From: Syntrophales bacterium
GTDB taxonomy: Bacteria > Desulfobacterota > Syntrophia > Syntrophales > PHBD01
NCBI GenBank assembly: GCA_963668175.1
Contig: OY764159.1
Location: 224,001 to 288,000, forward strand
Direction: 5' to 3'
Length of the DNA: 64,000 bases
This document shows positions 51,216 to 63,853 of this stretch, piece after piece. Each line of letters opens with the position of its first letter. Position 1 is the first letter of the stretch. The notes under the pieces were generated by a model that saw only the letters and a list, made by a program, of their open reading frames with translations, was not told where the DNA came from and searched no databases. Made by a program: the position numbers and the translations under genes.

Positions 51216-53696
51216 ATGAAAGGATTGAAGGAGTCGTTGCGCTCGGACTGGGCTGTTGGTCTTGTGCTCATGCTGTTGATGCTCCTGGTCTTCTACTTCG
51301 AATGGAAGCCCGTGGAGATACTGGAATACAAGTTCTACGATTTCGGCTTCAATCTGCGGCAATCACCCCCGCCTGCTCCCATCTCCATTGTAAGCATCGA
51401 TGACGCCAGCATCGCCAAGATAGGACGGTGGCCGTGGCCCCGCCAGCGTATAACCGAGGTGGTCAAACTGCTCACCGATTATGACGCGCGGGTTATCGGT
51501 ATCGATATCATTTATTCGGAAAGTGATTCCAGCCAGGGGCTGGCGGAAATACGCAATGTTATCAAAAACATGGAAGGGGGTGGCCTCCAGGGTACGGCCG
51601 CAGGCGGTAAAATTCTCGAAGCGCTAAAAAAGGCGGAGGCAAACCTGGACAGCGATATGCCTTTGGCTTCCGTTATCGGGGAAAGCAACCGCGTGGTCCT
51701 TCCTCTCTTTTTCGGCAAAATCAGCAGCGCCATGGGGAGCACCGGGGCGAAAATGCCGGATTATCTCAAGTTTAATTCCATTTCTGCTTCCAATCTCTGG
51801 TTCCAGATGTCTGCCAAAGAGATTACGGCGCCAATTCCCGATTTTGCTACCCGGGCATCCGCCCTCGGGCATATCAACGTCATCCCCGACCGGGACGGAA
51901 CGGTACGAAGCGAGCCGATCCTGATCAACTACGAAGGCCTATTCTTCCCGTCTTTCTCGCTCCAGTTGACCCTTCGGTATTTGAACGCCGAGTTGAAGGA
52001 ACTCACGGCTTCGCCGGGCGGTCTCAGGTTCAGGAACGTCACGATTCCGATCTCCGGCGACAATCAGATGTTGATCAGCAGTTTCAACAAGCAGTACCCT
52101 AATTATTCCTTTGTCGACGTCATGGAAAAAAAAGTACCTGCCGACGCCTTTAAAAACCGGATCGTCATGATCGTCGTCACGGGATCGGGCATCGGAACGG
52201 TGTATACGACGCCGTCCGCTTCCCTCGACTACCCCTGGGTGATTCATGCCAATGCCATATCCGGCATCATCAACAACAGCCATATTGTGCGGCCGGACTG
52301 GGCCTTTTTTGCGGAAATAGGCGTGATCATCCTCTTCGGCCTCATGCTGGCTTTCGGCATCCCACGTTTGAAAGCAGGCATCAGCGCCGTGGTTTCCCTG
52401 GGACTCCTTGTGGTCTTATGCGGAGCGGCTATTTATCTTCTGATCGATCAGGGCTACTGGATCAAGGTCGTCAATCCTTCTTTGCTCCTCGTCGGTGGCT
52501 ACATCATCATCGTTTCGAAGAGATATTTCCTTACCGAAAAATCGAAGGAGCACATCGAGGCGGACAGCATTGAAACCAACAAGATGCTGGGCTTGTCCTT
52601 CCAAGGCCAGGGACTTCTTGATATGGCGTTCGAAAAATTCCGTAAATGCCCGGTGGACGATCCCGCCGTCAAGGAACTGCTCTACAATCTCGGTCTCGAC
52701 TTCGAAAGAAAGAGGATGTTCAACAAGTCGGTGGCTGTTTATGAACATATCATGACGGCCGGCGATTTCAAGGACATCAAGGACCGCATCAAGAAATTGA
52801 ATGCCGCCGGGGAGACGATGATCTTCGGACTGAGCGGGGCAAAAAAGGATGCAACGGTCCTCATGGACAACACCGAAACGAAGCCGACCTTGGGACGCTA
52901 CGAAATCGTCAAGGAACTGGGACGGGGCGCCATGGGTACGGTCTATCTCGGAAAAGATCCGAAGATTCACCGGGAGGTCGCCATCAAGACGTTGCGTTAC
53001 GAAGAAATCGACGAGGACCAGCTGGCCGAAACCAAGAAAAGGTTCTTCCGCGAAGCGGAGGCAGCAGGAAAGCTGTCTCACCCGAATATCGTCACTATCT
53101 ATGATGTGGGGGAAGATTACGAGATCGCTTATATGGCCATGGAACTGCTCGACGGCGCCGATCTTACCAAATACTGCCAGAAGACGTCGCTCCTGCCTGC
53201 CCACGAAACGGTGAGGATCATATCCGCCGTGGCCCAGGCCTTGGATTACGCCCACAGCAACGATGTCGTCCATCGCGATATCAAGCCGGCCAACATCATG
53301 ATCCTCAAAAACGGCGAGGTTAAAGTTGCCGACTTCGGTATCGCCAGGGTCGTGACGTCGTCAAGAACCCAAACGGGGGTCGTTCTGGGTACGCCCAGTT
53401 ACATGTCGCCGGAACAGATTGCCGGCCAGAAAGTAGACGGCCGCTCCGACTTCTTTTCGCTGGGTGTTGTGCTTTATGAGCTCCTGACGGGAGAGAAGCC
53501 GTTTAAAGGCGACAGCATCGCTACGCTGATGTTCAATATCACGATGTCGCCGCCCGTGACACTGAATGAAATCAATCCCGATGTACCGGCGGGCTTTATC
53601 TCCGTTATTGAAAAGGCCCTGGCCAAGGATCGGGATATGAGATATCAAACCGGCAAAGAGATGGCGGCCGATCTCTCGGCATGCCTGAAGGCATGA
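51216..53696 (+). CDS. CHASE2-domain membrane Ser/Thr protein kinase
   Basis: IDDASI..IGRWPWPR and DRDGTVR CHASE2 motifs; three TM helices; GRGAMGTVY, VAIK, HRDIKPAN, DFG, GTPSYMSPE. Confidence 0.95.
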   Translation: MKGLKESLRSDWAVGLVLMLLMLLVFYFEWKPVEILEYKFYDFGFNLRQSPPPAPISIVSIDDASIAKIGRWPWPRQRITEVVKLLTDYDARVIGIDIIYSESDSSQGLAEIRNVIKNMEGGGLQGTAAGGKILEALKKAEANLDSDMPLASVIGESNRVVLPLFFGKISSAMGSTGAKMPDYLKFNSISASNLWFQMSAKEITAPIPDFATRASALGHINVIPDRDGTVRSEPILINYEGLFFPSFSLQLTLRYLNAELKELTASPGGLRFRNVTIPISGDNQMLISSFNKQYPNYSFVDVMEKKVPADAFKNRIVMIVVTGSGIGTVYTTPSASLDYPWVIHANAISGIINNSHIVRPDWAFFAEIGVIILFGLMLAFGIPRLKAGISAVVSLGLLVVLCGAAIYLLIDQGYWIKVVNPSLLLVGGYIIIVSKRYFLTEKSKEHIEADSIETNKMLGLSFQGQGLLDMAFEKFRKCPVDDPAVKELLYNLGLDFERKRMFNKSVAVYEHIMTAGDFKDIKDRIKKLNAAGETMIFGLSGAKKDATVLMDNTETKPTLGRYEIVKELGRGAMGTVYLGKDPKIHREVAIKTLRYEEIDEDQLAETKKRFFREAEAAGKLSHPNIVTIYDVGEDYEIAYMAMELLDGADLTKYCQKTSLLPAHETVRIISAVAQALDYAHSNDVVHRDIKPANIMILKNGEVKVADFGIARVVTSSRTQTGVVLGTPSYMSPEQIAGQKVDGRSDFFSLGVVLYELLTGEKPFKGDSIATLMFNITMSPPVTLNEINPDVPAGFISVIEKALAKDRDMRYQTGKEMAADLSACLKA

Positions 53697-53700
53697 GGGT

Positions 53701-54510
53701 ATGGCATTGAAGCTCGATATCTGCGGTCAGACGGACATAGGCCTCATCAGGCCCAACAACGAAGACAGCTTCCATATCGGCGAAAAGACGGGGCTCCTGG
53801 TCGTAGCGGATGGAATGGGCGGTCACGCATCCGGGGAAGTGGCCAGCCGTATGGCCGTCGATATCATCCAGAATTATTTTGAAAACAGGAAAGAGCCCCA
53901 ACCCTTCATCGGCACGTATCAGCCTGAATATTCGGAGGAGACAAACAGGCTGGGCGCGGCGATACGCCTGGCCAATATGGCGATCCACGATCTTTCGGAA
54001 TCGACACCCCATTATCACGGGATGGGCACAACGGTAGTCGCCGTCCTGATCAACGACCGTAAGATGAGCATCGCTCACGTAGGTGACAGCCGGGTCTATC
54101 TCATCAGGTCCCAGGATATCGAGCCGCTCACTGAGGACCACTCCGTGGCATATGAGCAGGTCAAGAAAGAGATGATATCGGCAGCGGAGGCGGCGGTATC
54201 CGAGATGAGAAACGTCTTGACCCGGGCTTTGGGGGTTCACGCTCAGGTTGATGTCGATCTCGGCGAGCTCACCCTGATGCCCGATGATCGTCTGGTTTTA
54301 TGCAGCGACGGCCTCTATTCCATGGTGCCGGATGACGACATTCTGGACGTCGTGATCTCGGCGGGCGAATCGTCCCAGGCCTGCCGAACGCTTGTCACAA
54401 TGGCGAATGAAAACGGCGGCCGCGACAATGTTACCGTGATTGCCGCGCACATCATAAAGAAAAATTGGTTTGCTTCCCTACTAAATATTATGAAATGCTT
54501 CAGGAGGTGA
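53701..54510 (+). CDS. PP2C-family Ser/Thr phosphatase
   Basis: RPNNED, VADGMGGH, GTT, VGDSR, CSDG and GGRDNVT motifs. Confidence 0.95.
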   Translation: MALKLDICGQTDIGLIRPNNEDSFHIGEKTGLLVVADGMGGHASGEVASRMAVDIIQNYFENRKEPQPFIGTYQPEYSEETNRLGAAIRLANMAIHDLSESTPHYHGMGTTVVAVLINDRKMSIAHVGDSRVYLIRSQDIEPLTEDHSVAYEQVKKEMISAAEAAVSEMRNVLTRALGVHAQVDVDLGELTLMPDDRLVLCSDGLYSMVPDDDILDVVISAGESSQACRTLVTMANENGGRDNVTVIAAHIIKKNWFASLLNIMKCFRR

Positions 54511-54513
54511 TAT

Positions 54514-55209
54514 ATGGCAAAGGTGTTGCTAAAGTTCAAAGACGCCTTGGTTAAGGAAATCCCGCTTGATAAGGATCTTATCACAATCGGCAGAAAGGCG
54601 GAGAACGACATTGCCGTCGACAATCAGGCTGTTTCCGGTTTTCATGCAAAGATCTTTAAAGATTCCGAAGGGTTTTCCGTCGAGGACTTGAACAGCCTGA
54701 ATGGCACCTTCGTCAACGGACAGAAAGTCGCCAAGACCCCTCTCAACAATGGCGACGTCATCCTCATCGGGGTTCATACACTGGAAGTCGTCGTAGAGCC
54801 GCGTAAAGGCATGGATGCTACGAAAGACCGGATCAGAGGCCGCTCCATGGATGAGACGATGGTCATCGATCCTAAGGACCAGCAGAAGATCATTGCCTCC
54901 ACCGAAAAGGTGGATGTCCTGGGCGGCTTCATCATCGTCGAAGGATCGTCGGAAAGAAAAGATTATGAGCTGAAAGACCGCGTCAGTACGATCGGCAAAG
55001 ACGACGGTGCCGTTATCCGCCTGAAGGGCTTTTTTGCCCCCCAGGTGGCCGCCCTCGTCAACCGGCGGAAGGAAGGGTACTTCATCAGTCCTTCGGGCGG
55101 GAAATCGATCAAGGTCAACGGCCGCGAGATCAGCAACCGTTATGACTTGAAAGACGGCGACGTCGTAGAAGTATCAGGACTGAAAATGCAGTTCTACATC
55201 AAAGAATAG
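54514..55209 (+). CDS. Double FHA-domain protein
   Basis: N-terminal IGR...VSGFHA...SLNGTFVNG; second FHA-like domain ending VNG...LKDGDVVEV. Confidence 0.92.
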   Translation: MAKVLLKFKDALVKEIPLDKDLITIGRKAENDIAVDNQAVSGFHAKIFKDSEGFSVEDLNSLNGTFVNGQKVAKTPLNNGDVILIGVHTLEVVVEPRKGMDATKDRIRGRSMDETMVIDPKDQQKIIASTEKVDVLGGFIIVEGSSERKDYELKDRVSTIGKDDGAVIRLKGFFAPQVAALVNRRKEGYFISPSGGKSIKVNGREISNRYDLKDGDVVEVSGLKMQFYIKE

Positions 55210-55219
55210 GGGGGACCGT

Positions 55220-55993
55220 ATGTCTAGAAACTGGCTGTTTCCGCTGATGGTGCTTTTCTTTGCATCGACACTAGGAGGCTGCGTCGCCAAGAGCGATTAT
55301 CTAAAGAAGGAAGCCGAGGCCACAGCCCTGGCGGACCAGGTGGCGAGTCTCTCCAAGGACAAGGAGAAATTGACCCAGGAGAAGAGCGATCTGGATAAGC
55401 TCCTGAACGCGAAAGCGGACGACCTGACCAAGGCGAACAGCGATCTGAGGTTTCGCAACGCCGATCTGGAAGCCCAGAACACAAAACTGAAGCAGGATTT
55501 GGCCGACCTCAAAAAGAAAGAGGCGGAAGTTCAGGCGGAAAGCAGCACCTACAAAGACCTGATGAAGGAGATGAAGTCGGAGATCGCCAAAGGACAGATT
55601 GCCATCAGCGAACTGAAAGGTAAACTGACGGTCGATGTGGCCAACCAGATTCTGTTTGCCTCCGGGGAGGCCGATGTTAAGAAAGACGGCCTGGCGATCC
55701 TGAAACGGGTCGTCGACATTCTCGCAACGGTGAAGGACAAGGCGATCCGCATTGAAGGGCATACCGATAACCAGAAGATATTCGGACAACTCGCCAAGAA
55801 GTATCCGACGAACTGGGAACTCTCAGCCGCGCGGGCCATCAATGTAACAAAATACCTGATCTCGCAGGGTATTCCGCCAGAGAATCTTTCTGCCGTCGCC
55901 TACGGGGAATTCAAACCGCTCGCAGACAACGCAACCCCCGAGGGACGTCAGAAGAACAGGAGAATCGCCATCATTCTGCTGCCGAAAGACTGA
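55220..55993 (+). CDS. OmpA/MotB-domain lipoprotein with coiled coil
   Basis: Lipobox LGGC; heptad-rich stalk; EGHTD, NWELSAARA and NRRI peptidoglycan-binding motifs. Confidence 0.92.
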   Translation: MSRNWLFPLMVLFFASTLGGCVAKSDYLKKEAEATALADQVASLSKDKEKLTQEKSDLDKLLNAKADDLTKANSDLRFRNADLEAQNTKLKQDLADLKKKEAEVQAESSTYKDLMKEMKSEIAKGQIAISELKGKLTVDVANQILFASGEADVKKDGLAILKRVVDILATVKDKAIRIEGHTDNQKIFGQLAKKYPTNWELSAARAINVTKYLISQGIPPENLSAVAYGEFKPLADNATPEGRQKNRRIAIILLPKD

Positions 55994-56103
55994 TTATTCA
56001 ACAAAGCAAATAAGACCGATCATTATGCAGGGGCGCGGTGTATGCCGTGCCCCTGTGTGGTTATCGCGGAAGAGAAAATGAGGGAGGACGGAAGAATATC
56101 AAT

Positions 56104-58035
56104 ATGGGCAAATCCATAACCCAAAAAATCATCGAACTTCATCTTGTCTCGGGCCGCTTTGTTCCAGGCTCGGAGATAGCCATCCGGATCGACCAGACTC
56201 TTACCCAGGATGCCACCGGGACTATGGCTTACCTGGAATTCGAATCCATGAATATCCCTAAAGTCAGGACGGAACTCTCGGTGAGCTATATCGACCATAA
56301 TACCGTCCAGATAGGATTTGAAAACGCCGACGATCATCGCTATCTGCAGAGCGTCGCCCGCAAGTACGGCATCTTCCTGTCCCGGGCGGGAAACGGGATA
56401 TGTCATCAGGTTCACCTGGAGAGGTTCGGCAGGCCGGGCAAGACCCTGATCGGCGCAGACAGCCATACGCCCACAGGAGGGGCCCTGGGTATGATCGCCA
56501 TCGGTGCGGGCGGGCTAGACGTCGCTCTGGCCATGGCCGGTGAGCCATTCTACCTGACCTGCCCGAAGGTCATCCGGATCGATCTTGCCGGGACGCTGCC
56601 GCCATGGGTTTCGGCGAAGGATATCATTCTTCATGTCCTCAGTCTCTTTACAACCAAGGGGAATGTCGGCTCCGTCTTCGAATACGGAGGCAACGGCACG
56701 TCGGCCCTGACCGTCCCGGAGCGGGCAACAATCGCCAATATGGGGGCCGAGTGCGGTGTCACGACTTCCGTTTTTCCCAGTGATGCCATGACGAGACGTT
56801 TTCTGGAATTTGAACACCGGGCAGAGAGCTGGACGGAACTGCTGCCGGACCCGGATGCCGCTTACGATCGCACCGTCCGGATCGATCTCGGTGCTCTAAC
56901 GCCCCTGGCGGCAATGCCTCACAGTCCCGACCGCATCCGTCCGGTCAGCGACCTGGCGGGAATCGAAGTACAGCAGGTATGCATCGGGAGCTGTACCAAT
57001 TCGTCCTACAAAGACCTGGTGACTGTGGCGAAAATCCTCAAAGGCAAGACAGTCCATCGCGGCGTCAGCCTTATCATGGCCCCGGGGTCCAAACAGGTGC
57101 TCGACAATCTGGCCAGGAACGGCTATTTGTCTGATCTTTTATCGGCAGGCGTCAGGCTCATGGAGAACGCCTGCGGCTTTTGCATAGGCAACAGCCAGAG
57201 CCCGCCGTCCGGGGGCGTTTCGCTGCGCACGTCGAACCGGAATTTCCTCGGAAGGTCGGGAACCAGGAACGCCGATATATACCTCGTCAGTCCGGAAACG
57301 GCGGCGGCGGCCGTTATCACCGGCCGCATCACGGACCCCCGCCAATTGGGCATGGATTACCCGAAGGTCGACATGCCGGAACAGATCGTCATCGACGACG
57401 GCCTGATCATTCCGCCTGATGATTCAAAGGATACATCCCATGTCGCCGTCAACCGGGGGCCGAACATCGGCGAAGCACCGCAGAACGGTCCCCTGCCGGA
57501 AGTATTATCGGGAAAGGCCGCCATCAAGGTAGGCGACAAGATCACGACGGACCACATCATTCCTGCCGGCGCGCGGATGAAGTACCGGTCCAATATTCCC
57601 AAGTATGCCAAGTACGTCTTCGAGATCGTCGATAAATCCTTCGCCGAGCGTGCGGGCAAGAACCGCGATGAAGGGCTTCACAATGTCATCGTCGCCGGCA
57701 ACTCGTACGGACAGGGGTCGTCGCGGGAACATGCCGCAATCTGCCCCATGTATCTCGGCGTCAAAGCGGTCATTGCCAAATCCTTTGAAAGAATCCATGC
57801 AGCCAACCTCGTTAATTTCGGTATTTTACCCCTTCACTTTCAAAACGATAAAGACTATGAAGGAATCGACGAAGGCGACCTCATCGAGATTGCAGATATG
57901 AGAGCAGCCGTCACGGACGGACACAGACTGACGGTAAAAAATCTTACGAAAAAGAATTCGTTTGAAGTTTCTTATGAACTATCTGACCGCCAGAAGGCCA
58001 TCGTACTGGCCGGCGGCATCCTGAATCTTCGCTAG
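56104..58035 (+). CDS. Aconitate hydratase (short type)
   Basis: [42 protein letters not shown] and GSSREHA motifs; adjacent to icd. Confidence 0.9.
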   Translation: MGKSITQKIIELHLVSGRFVPGSEIAIRIDQTLTQDATGTMAYLEFESMNIPKVRTELSVSYIDHNTVQIGFENADDHRYLQSVARKYGIFLSRAGNGICHQVHLERFGRPGKTLIGADSHTPTGGALGMIAIGAGGLDVALAMAGEPFYLTCPKVIRIDLAGTLPPWVSAKDIILHVLSLFTTKGNVGSVFEYGGNGTSALTVPERATIANMGAECGVTTSVFPSDAMTRRFLEFEHRAESWTELLPDPDAAYDRTVRIDLGALTPLAAMPHSPDRIRPVSDLAGIEVQQVCIGSCTNSSYKDLVTVAKILKGKTVHRGVSLIMAPGSKQVLDNLARNGYLSDLLSAGVRLMENACGFCIGNSQSPPSGGVSLRTSNRNFLGRSGTRNADIYLVSPETAAAAVITGRITDPRQLGMDYPKVDMPEQIVIDDGLIIPPDDSKDTSHVAVNRGPNIGEAPQNGPLPEVLSGKAAIKVGDKITTDHIIPAGARMKYRSNIPKYAKYVFEIVDKSFAERAGKNRDEGLHNVIVAGNSYGQGSSREHAAICPMYLGVKAVIAKSFERIHAANLVNFGILPLHFQNDKDYEGIDEGDLIEIADMRAAVTDGHRLTVKNLTKKNSFEVSYELSDRQKAIVLAGGILNLR

Positions 58036-58079
58036 GCATCGGATTCTTATTTTTTATTGACCAAGGAGCGACGGGGAGA

Positions 58080-59306
58080 ATGTCTGGAAAAAAAATCAAA
58101 GTGAAAACAACCATCGTGGAGATGGATGGCGATGAAATGACCCGTATCATGTGGGATATGGTCAAAAGCAAACTGCTTTTACCCTTCCTTGACATGAAAC
58201 TGGAATACTACGACCTGCATGTGAAACATCGGGACGAAACGGACGACCGCGTAACGGTGGATGCCGCACAGGCCGTCGTCAAATACGGCGTCGGCGTCAA
58301 ATGCGCCACCATCACGCCGACGGAAGACCGCGTCAAGGAATACGACCTCAAGAAGGCATGGAAGAGCCCGAACGCAACGATCCGCGGCATCCTTGACGGC
58401 ACGGTATTCAGGAAACCCATTCTCGTCAGGAATATTCCGCCGATTGTAACGTCCTGGCACAAACCCGTCGTCATCGGCAGACACGCTTACGGCGACGTAT
58501 ACAACAATGTTGAACTCCTGATACCGGGTCCGGGCAAAGCGGAAATCGTCTTCACGCCGGCTGGGGGCGGAGAACCGCTCCGCAAGACAATCCACGATTT
58601 CAAGAAATCGGGCATTATCCAGGGCATTCACAACACGGACGAATCCATCGAAAGCTTCGCCCGGGCATGCTTCGCCTTTGCCCTCGACGAAAAAATCGAT
58701 CTGTGGTTCAGCACCAAGGACACGATATCCAAAACCTACGACGCCAGATTCCGGGCCATCTTCGATAAAGAATATACGACCAACTGGAAAAAGAAATTCA
58801 CCGCCGCCGGGATAGAATATTTCTTCACACTCATCGACGACGCCGTGGCCCGGATCATGAAGACCGAAGGGGGTGTCCTTTGGGCCCTTAAGAATTACGA
58901 TGGCGACGTGATGTCCGACATGATTGCATCGGGGTGCGGCAGTCTGGCGATGATGACGTCCGTTCTCGTCTCGCCCCACGGCTACTTCGAATATGAAGCC
59001 GCCCACGGTACGGTCCAGAAACATTACTACAAGCACCTCCGGGGGGAAGAGACATCCTCGAATTCCATGGCCCTTATCTTCGCTTGGACAGGCGCCATAA
59101 GAAAAAGAGGGGAGTTGGACAAGACTCCCCAGGCCGTGGCCTTTGCCGACAAGCTGGAAAAAGCCGCCATCGAAACGATAGAAGGCGGGACGATGACGGG
59201 GGACCTCCTTGCCATAGCAGAGGCGAATCCCGCCAATCGCAAAGTGAACACGGAAGGATTCATTGATGCGATTGCCGACCATCTGAAAAGAATGTTGAAT
59301 GCTTAA
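58080..59306 (+). CDS. icd: Isocitrate dehydrogenase (NADP, subfamily II)
   Basis: DGDEMTR, KCATITP, SPNATIR, NYDGDV and EAAHGTV motifs. Confidence 0.95.
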   Translation: MSGKKIKVKTTIVEMDGDEMTRIMWDMVKSKLLLPFLDMKLEYYDLHVKHRDETDDRVTVDAAQAVVKYGVGVKCATITPTEDRVKEYDLKKAWKSPNATIRGILDGTVFRKPILVRNIPPIVTSWHKPVVIGRHAYGDVYNNVELLIPGPGKAEIVFTPAGGGEPLRKTIHDFKKSGIIQGIHNTDESIESFARACFAFALDEKIDLWFSTKDTISKTYDARFRAIFDKEYTTNWKKKFTAAGIEYFFTLIDDAVARIMKTEGGVLWALKNYDGDVMSDMIASGCGSLAMMTSVLVSPHGYFEYEAAHGTVQKHYYKHLRGEETSSNSMALIFAWTGAIRKRGELDKTPQAVAFADKLEKAAIETIEGGTMTGDLLAIAEANPANRKVNTEGFIDAIADHLKRMLNA

Positions 59307-60327
59307 ACCGAACCTCAGGGACCTGACCCTGCCCGAGATAGAAGACTTTATCACCGGCCTGGGCAAAGAGAAATACCGGGCGCGGCAAGTGATGAAGTGG
59401 CTCTATCAACATGGCGTCACGTCGTTCGAGGCGATGACCACGCTGTCCAAACCGTTCCGGGAACAATTGCAGGAGAAGGCGCGCATTGCCGGCCCGGAGA
59501 TTATCAGAACCGAAGTGTCACAGGACGGAACCAAGAAGTTTCTCTTCCTCCTCGAAGACGGCCATACCATAGAAAGCGTCCTCATCCCGGGCAAGAACCA
59601 CTGGACGGTATGTGTATCCACTCAGGCGGGCTGCCGGATGGGCTGCCGCTTCTGTTACACCGGAAGCCTCGGTTTCAGGAGAAATTTGACGCCCGCCGAG
59701 ATCACGGGTCAGATTACAGCCTTGAAGTTCCTTACCCCGGAGGGCCCCGATATCAAGAACATCGTCATGATGGGCATGGGAGAGCCCCTGGACAATTACG
59801 ACAACGCTTTGAAGGCCATCAGGGTCATAACCTCCGACTACGGCCTGGGTTTCTCCAACCGGAAAATCACGCTTTCCACCTGCGGCCTGGCTCCAAAAAT
59901 TATCCAACTGGGCCGCGATATCAGCATCAACCTCGCCATTTCGCTGAATGCGACAACCAACGAAACGCGAAGCGAGTTGATGCCTATAAACCGGCAGTAC
60001 CCTCTGGAAGATCTCTTCGCCGCCTGCCGCGACTATCCGATGCCGGGCCGTCGCATGCTTACCTTCGAATATATCCTGATGGAAGGCGTCAACGCCTCGA
60101 CGGAGGATGCCGAGAGGCTCGCACGGCTCCTGAAGGGTATCCGCAGCAAGATCAATCTTATCGTGTTTAACGAGTTCCCCGGCACATCCCTCCGCACCCC
60201 CTCCGCAGCCACCGTGGCAAACTTTCAGAAAATTCTCTTAAACAAACACTTTACAACCATTCTCCGGGCGAGTTGCGGCGCCGACATCCTGGCGGCCTGC
60301 GGGCAGTTGAGCGGTCGGAAACATTGA
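59299..60327 (+). CDS. rlmN: 23S rRNA/tRNA m2A methyltransferase
   Basis: [15 protein letters not shown] and AACGQL motifs. Confidence 0.95.
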   Translation: MLKPNLRDLTLPEIEDFITGLGKEKYRARQVMKWLYQHGVTSFEAMTTLSKPFREQLQEKARIAGPEIIRTEVSQDGTKKFLFLLEDGHTIESVLIPGKNHWTVCVSTQAGCRMGCRFCYTGSLGFRRNLTPAEITGQITALKFLTPEGPDIKNIVMMGMGEPLDNYDNALKAIRVITSDYGLGFSNRKITLSTCGLAPKIIQLGRDISINLAISLNATTNETRSELMPINRQYPLEDLFAACRDYPMPGRRMLTFEYILMEGVNASTEDAERLARLLKGIRSKINLIVFNEFPGTSLRTPSAATVANFQKILLNKHFTTILRASCGADILAACGQLSGRKH

Positions 60328-60423
60328 TATCAACATTCAGAACAAATCCGGCTATCATATCTATTGACTGTTGGCCCGAAAAAGATTAATACTGTTTGGG
60401 CAGCAAGCCCACCGTATTGATCC

Positions 60424-60858
60424 ATGGAAAAAGAAATCGATCCCAGAATGCACACGGCGGAACACATCCTCAATCAGACGATGGTACGGATGTTTGGATG
60501 TGGACGGTGTTTCAGTGCGCACATCGAGAAGAAGAAGTCGAAATGCGACTACCGTTTCGACCGCCCCCTACTTGACGAGGAACTGCGGGAAATCGAAAAA
60601 ACGGTCAACGACGTCATCGCGGAAGATTTCCCGGTCACCGAAGAATACTTGACCCGGGAAGATGCGGCGTCTCGATTTGTTCTGGACAGGCTTCCCCAGG
60701 ATGCAGGCGACAAAATAAGAATCATCAATGTCGGCGATTACGATGCCTGCCCGTGCGTCGGACCCCATGTCCGTTCGTCCGGACAACTCGGTGCATTCCG
60801 GATAGTTTCCTCAAGTTTCGAAGACGGCGTTTTACGTATCAGGTACAGACTGTCCTGA
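60424..60858 (+). CDS. Free-standing AlaX-like tRNA editing domain protein
   Basis: HTAEH (HxxxH) and CVGPH (CxxxH) zinc motifs; 144 aa. Confidence 0.85.
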   Translation: MEKEIDPRMHTAEHILNQTMVRMFGCGRCFSAHIEKKKSKCDYRFDRPLLDEELREIEKTVNDVIAEDFPVTEEYLTREDAASRFVLDRLPQDAGDKIRIINVGDYDACPCVGPHVRSSGQLGAFRIVSSSFEDGVLRIRYRLS

Positions 60859-61012
60859 GATACACCGGTCTTACCGGTCCATGGATTCCTGAAACGCCGG
60901 CCGCACATCATTAAGCGAGGGTGTATCCGGACAGGGCACCGGCAGGTGGGTTTCGGTACAGATAAGCTAATCATAGGTATTTGTTGCGATTCTCCAGAAA
61001 ACCAACCATTGA

Positions 61013-62629
<1,617 letters not shown>

Positions 62630-62848
62630 GGTTTCCGAAACCGCAGGCATTTATCAATAACCGGGGCATCGGTTTGCATCGTCGACGGCGCGGATGTGAT
62701 GGTCGATCTCGATTGCTGGTTGCGACAGTGTACCATAGCGCCGGATGCATCATGATATATGCGAAATATCCATCGCTTAAGCTAATCCGTATTTTAGTCA
62801 TATAATCCGGTATCGGTCTTTTTACCTGACTGTCGAGGAGGTTCCGGG

Positions 62849-63853
62849 ATGAAGACACCGCTCCTGATGGATCTGGAAAACAACGTTTTCCTGGAAGACG
62901 GTAAACTGGTCGTCATCGACAGGCGAAGACTGCCGGCGGATATCACAAGAATCATCTGTCAGGATGACCGTGACGTCGCGGCGGCCATTGTCGATATGGC
63001 CGTTCAGGGTGCCGGTGATATCGCCATCACGGCGGGATTCGGGCTCTATCTCACAGCAGTTAAGGCCGAAAACGAGGCCCCGCAAAACATCGACGCAACG
63101 CTGCAGGAAGCCTCCGATCGCCTCTGCTCAACAAGACCTACGGGATTCCACCTGGCGGCGCTCCAAAAGAAAATTCTGGATAAGGTTCGATCCGGACCGA
63201 GGGACAAGAAGTACTCCGAGACGATTCTCGATTATCTTGAGCTGGTTCTAGCAAGGCAGAAGGCCGTATCGCAGGACACAGGGAGGCATGCGGAGGGTCT
63301 CCTTGTCTCGGGAGACCGGATACTCACGCACTGCTTTGCCGGGGCCGGATTGTTATACATGCTCCGATTCGCCATGGACAACAACAAAGACATCCGGGTG
63401 ATCTGCACGGAAACGAGGCCCTATTTGCAGGGAGCCCGTCTCACCGCCTGGTCGATCAGCACCATGGGGATCGATACGACCCTGATTACGGACAACATGG
63501 CGGCACATTGTATGTCCAGGGGAATGATCGATAAGGTTTTCACCGCTGCCGACAGAATTGCCATGGACGGCGTCGCGGCCAACAAGGTGGGGACGTTGCA
63601 GCTGGCCATCTGTGCGAAGTTCTACGGTATCCCCTTCTATATCCTCGCCTACGGAGGCCCGGACCGCAACACTGCAAGAGGCAGCGAAATCCCTATCGAA
63701 GAGCGCAACCCGCTAGAGGTTCTGGAGTTTCGAGGCATTCCTACGAGCGGCCCCGATGTGAAGGCCTACTACCCTTCGTTCGACCTGACACCGCCGTCAC
63801 TGATTACGGCCATGATCACCAGCCGGGGTATTCGCGCCTCTGAAGAAACTTGA
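62849..63853 (+). CDS. mtnA: Methylthioribose-1-phosphate isomerase-like protein (eIF2B family), divergent
   Basis: TRPT, THC, ETRPYLQGARLT, ADRI, NKVGT and PSFDLTP motifs. Confidence 0.8.
   Translation: MKTPLLMDLENNVFLEDGKLVVIDRRRLPADITRIICQDDRDVAAAIVDMAVQGAGDIAITAGFGLYLTAVKAENEAPQNIDATLQEASDRLCSTRPTGFHLAALQKKILDKVRSGPRDKKYSETILDYLELVLARQKAVSQDTGRHAEGLLVSGDRILTHCFAGAGLLYMLRFAMDNNKDIRVICTETRPYLQGARLTAWSISTMGIDTTLITDNMAAHCMSRGMIDKVFTAADRIAMDGVAANKVGTLQLAICAKFYGIPFYILAYGGPDRNTARGSEIPIEERNPLEVLEFRGIPTSGPDVKAYYPSFDLTPPSLITAMITSRGIRASEET

Noticed and set aside
55220..55993. Calling the OmpA/MotB protein a flagellar MotB or T6SS TssL/TagL
   Set aside because: It has a lipobox rather than the MotB TM-Asp motif, and no motA or tss genes are nearby.
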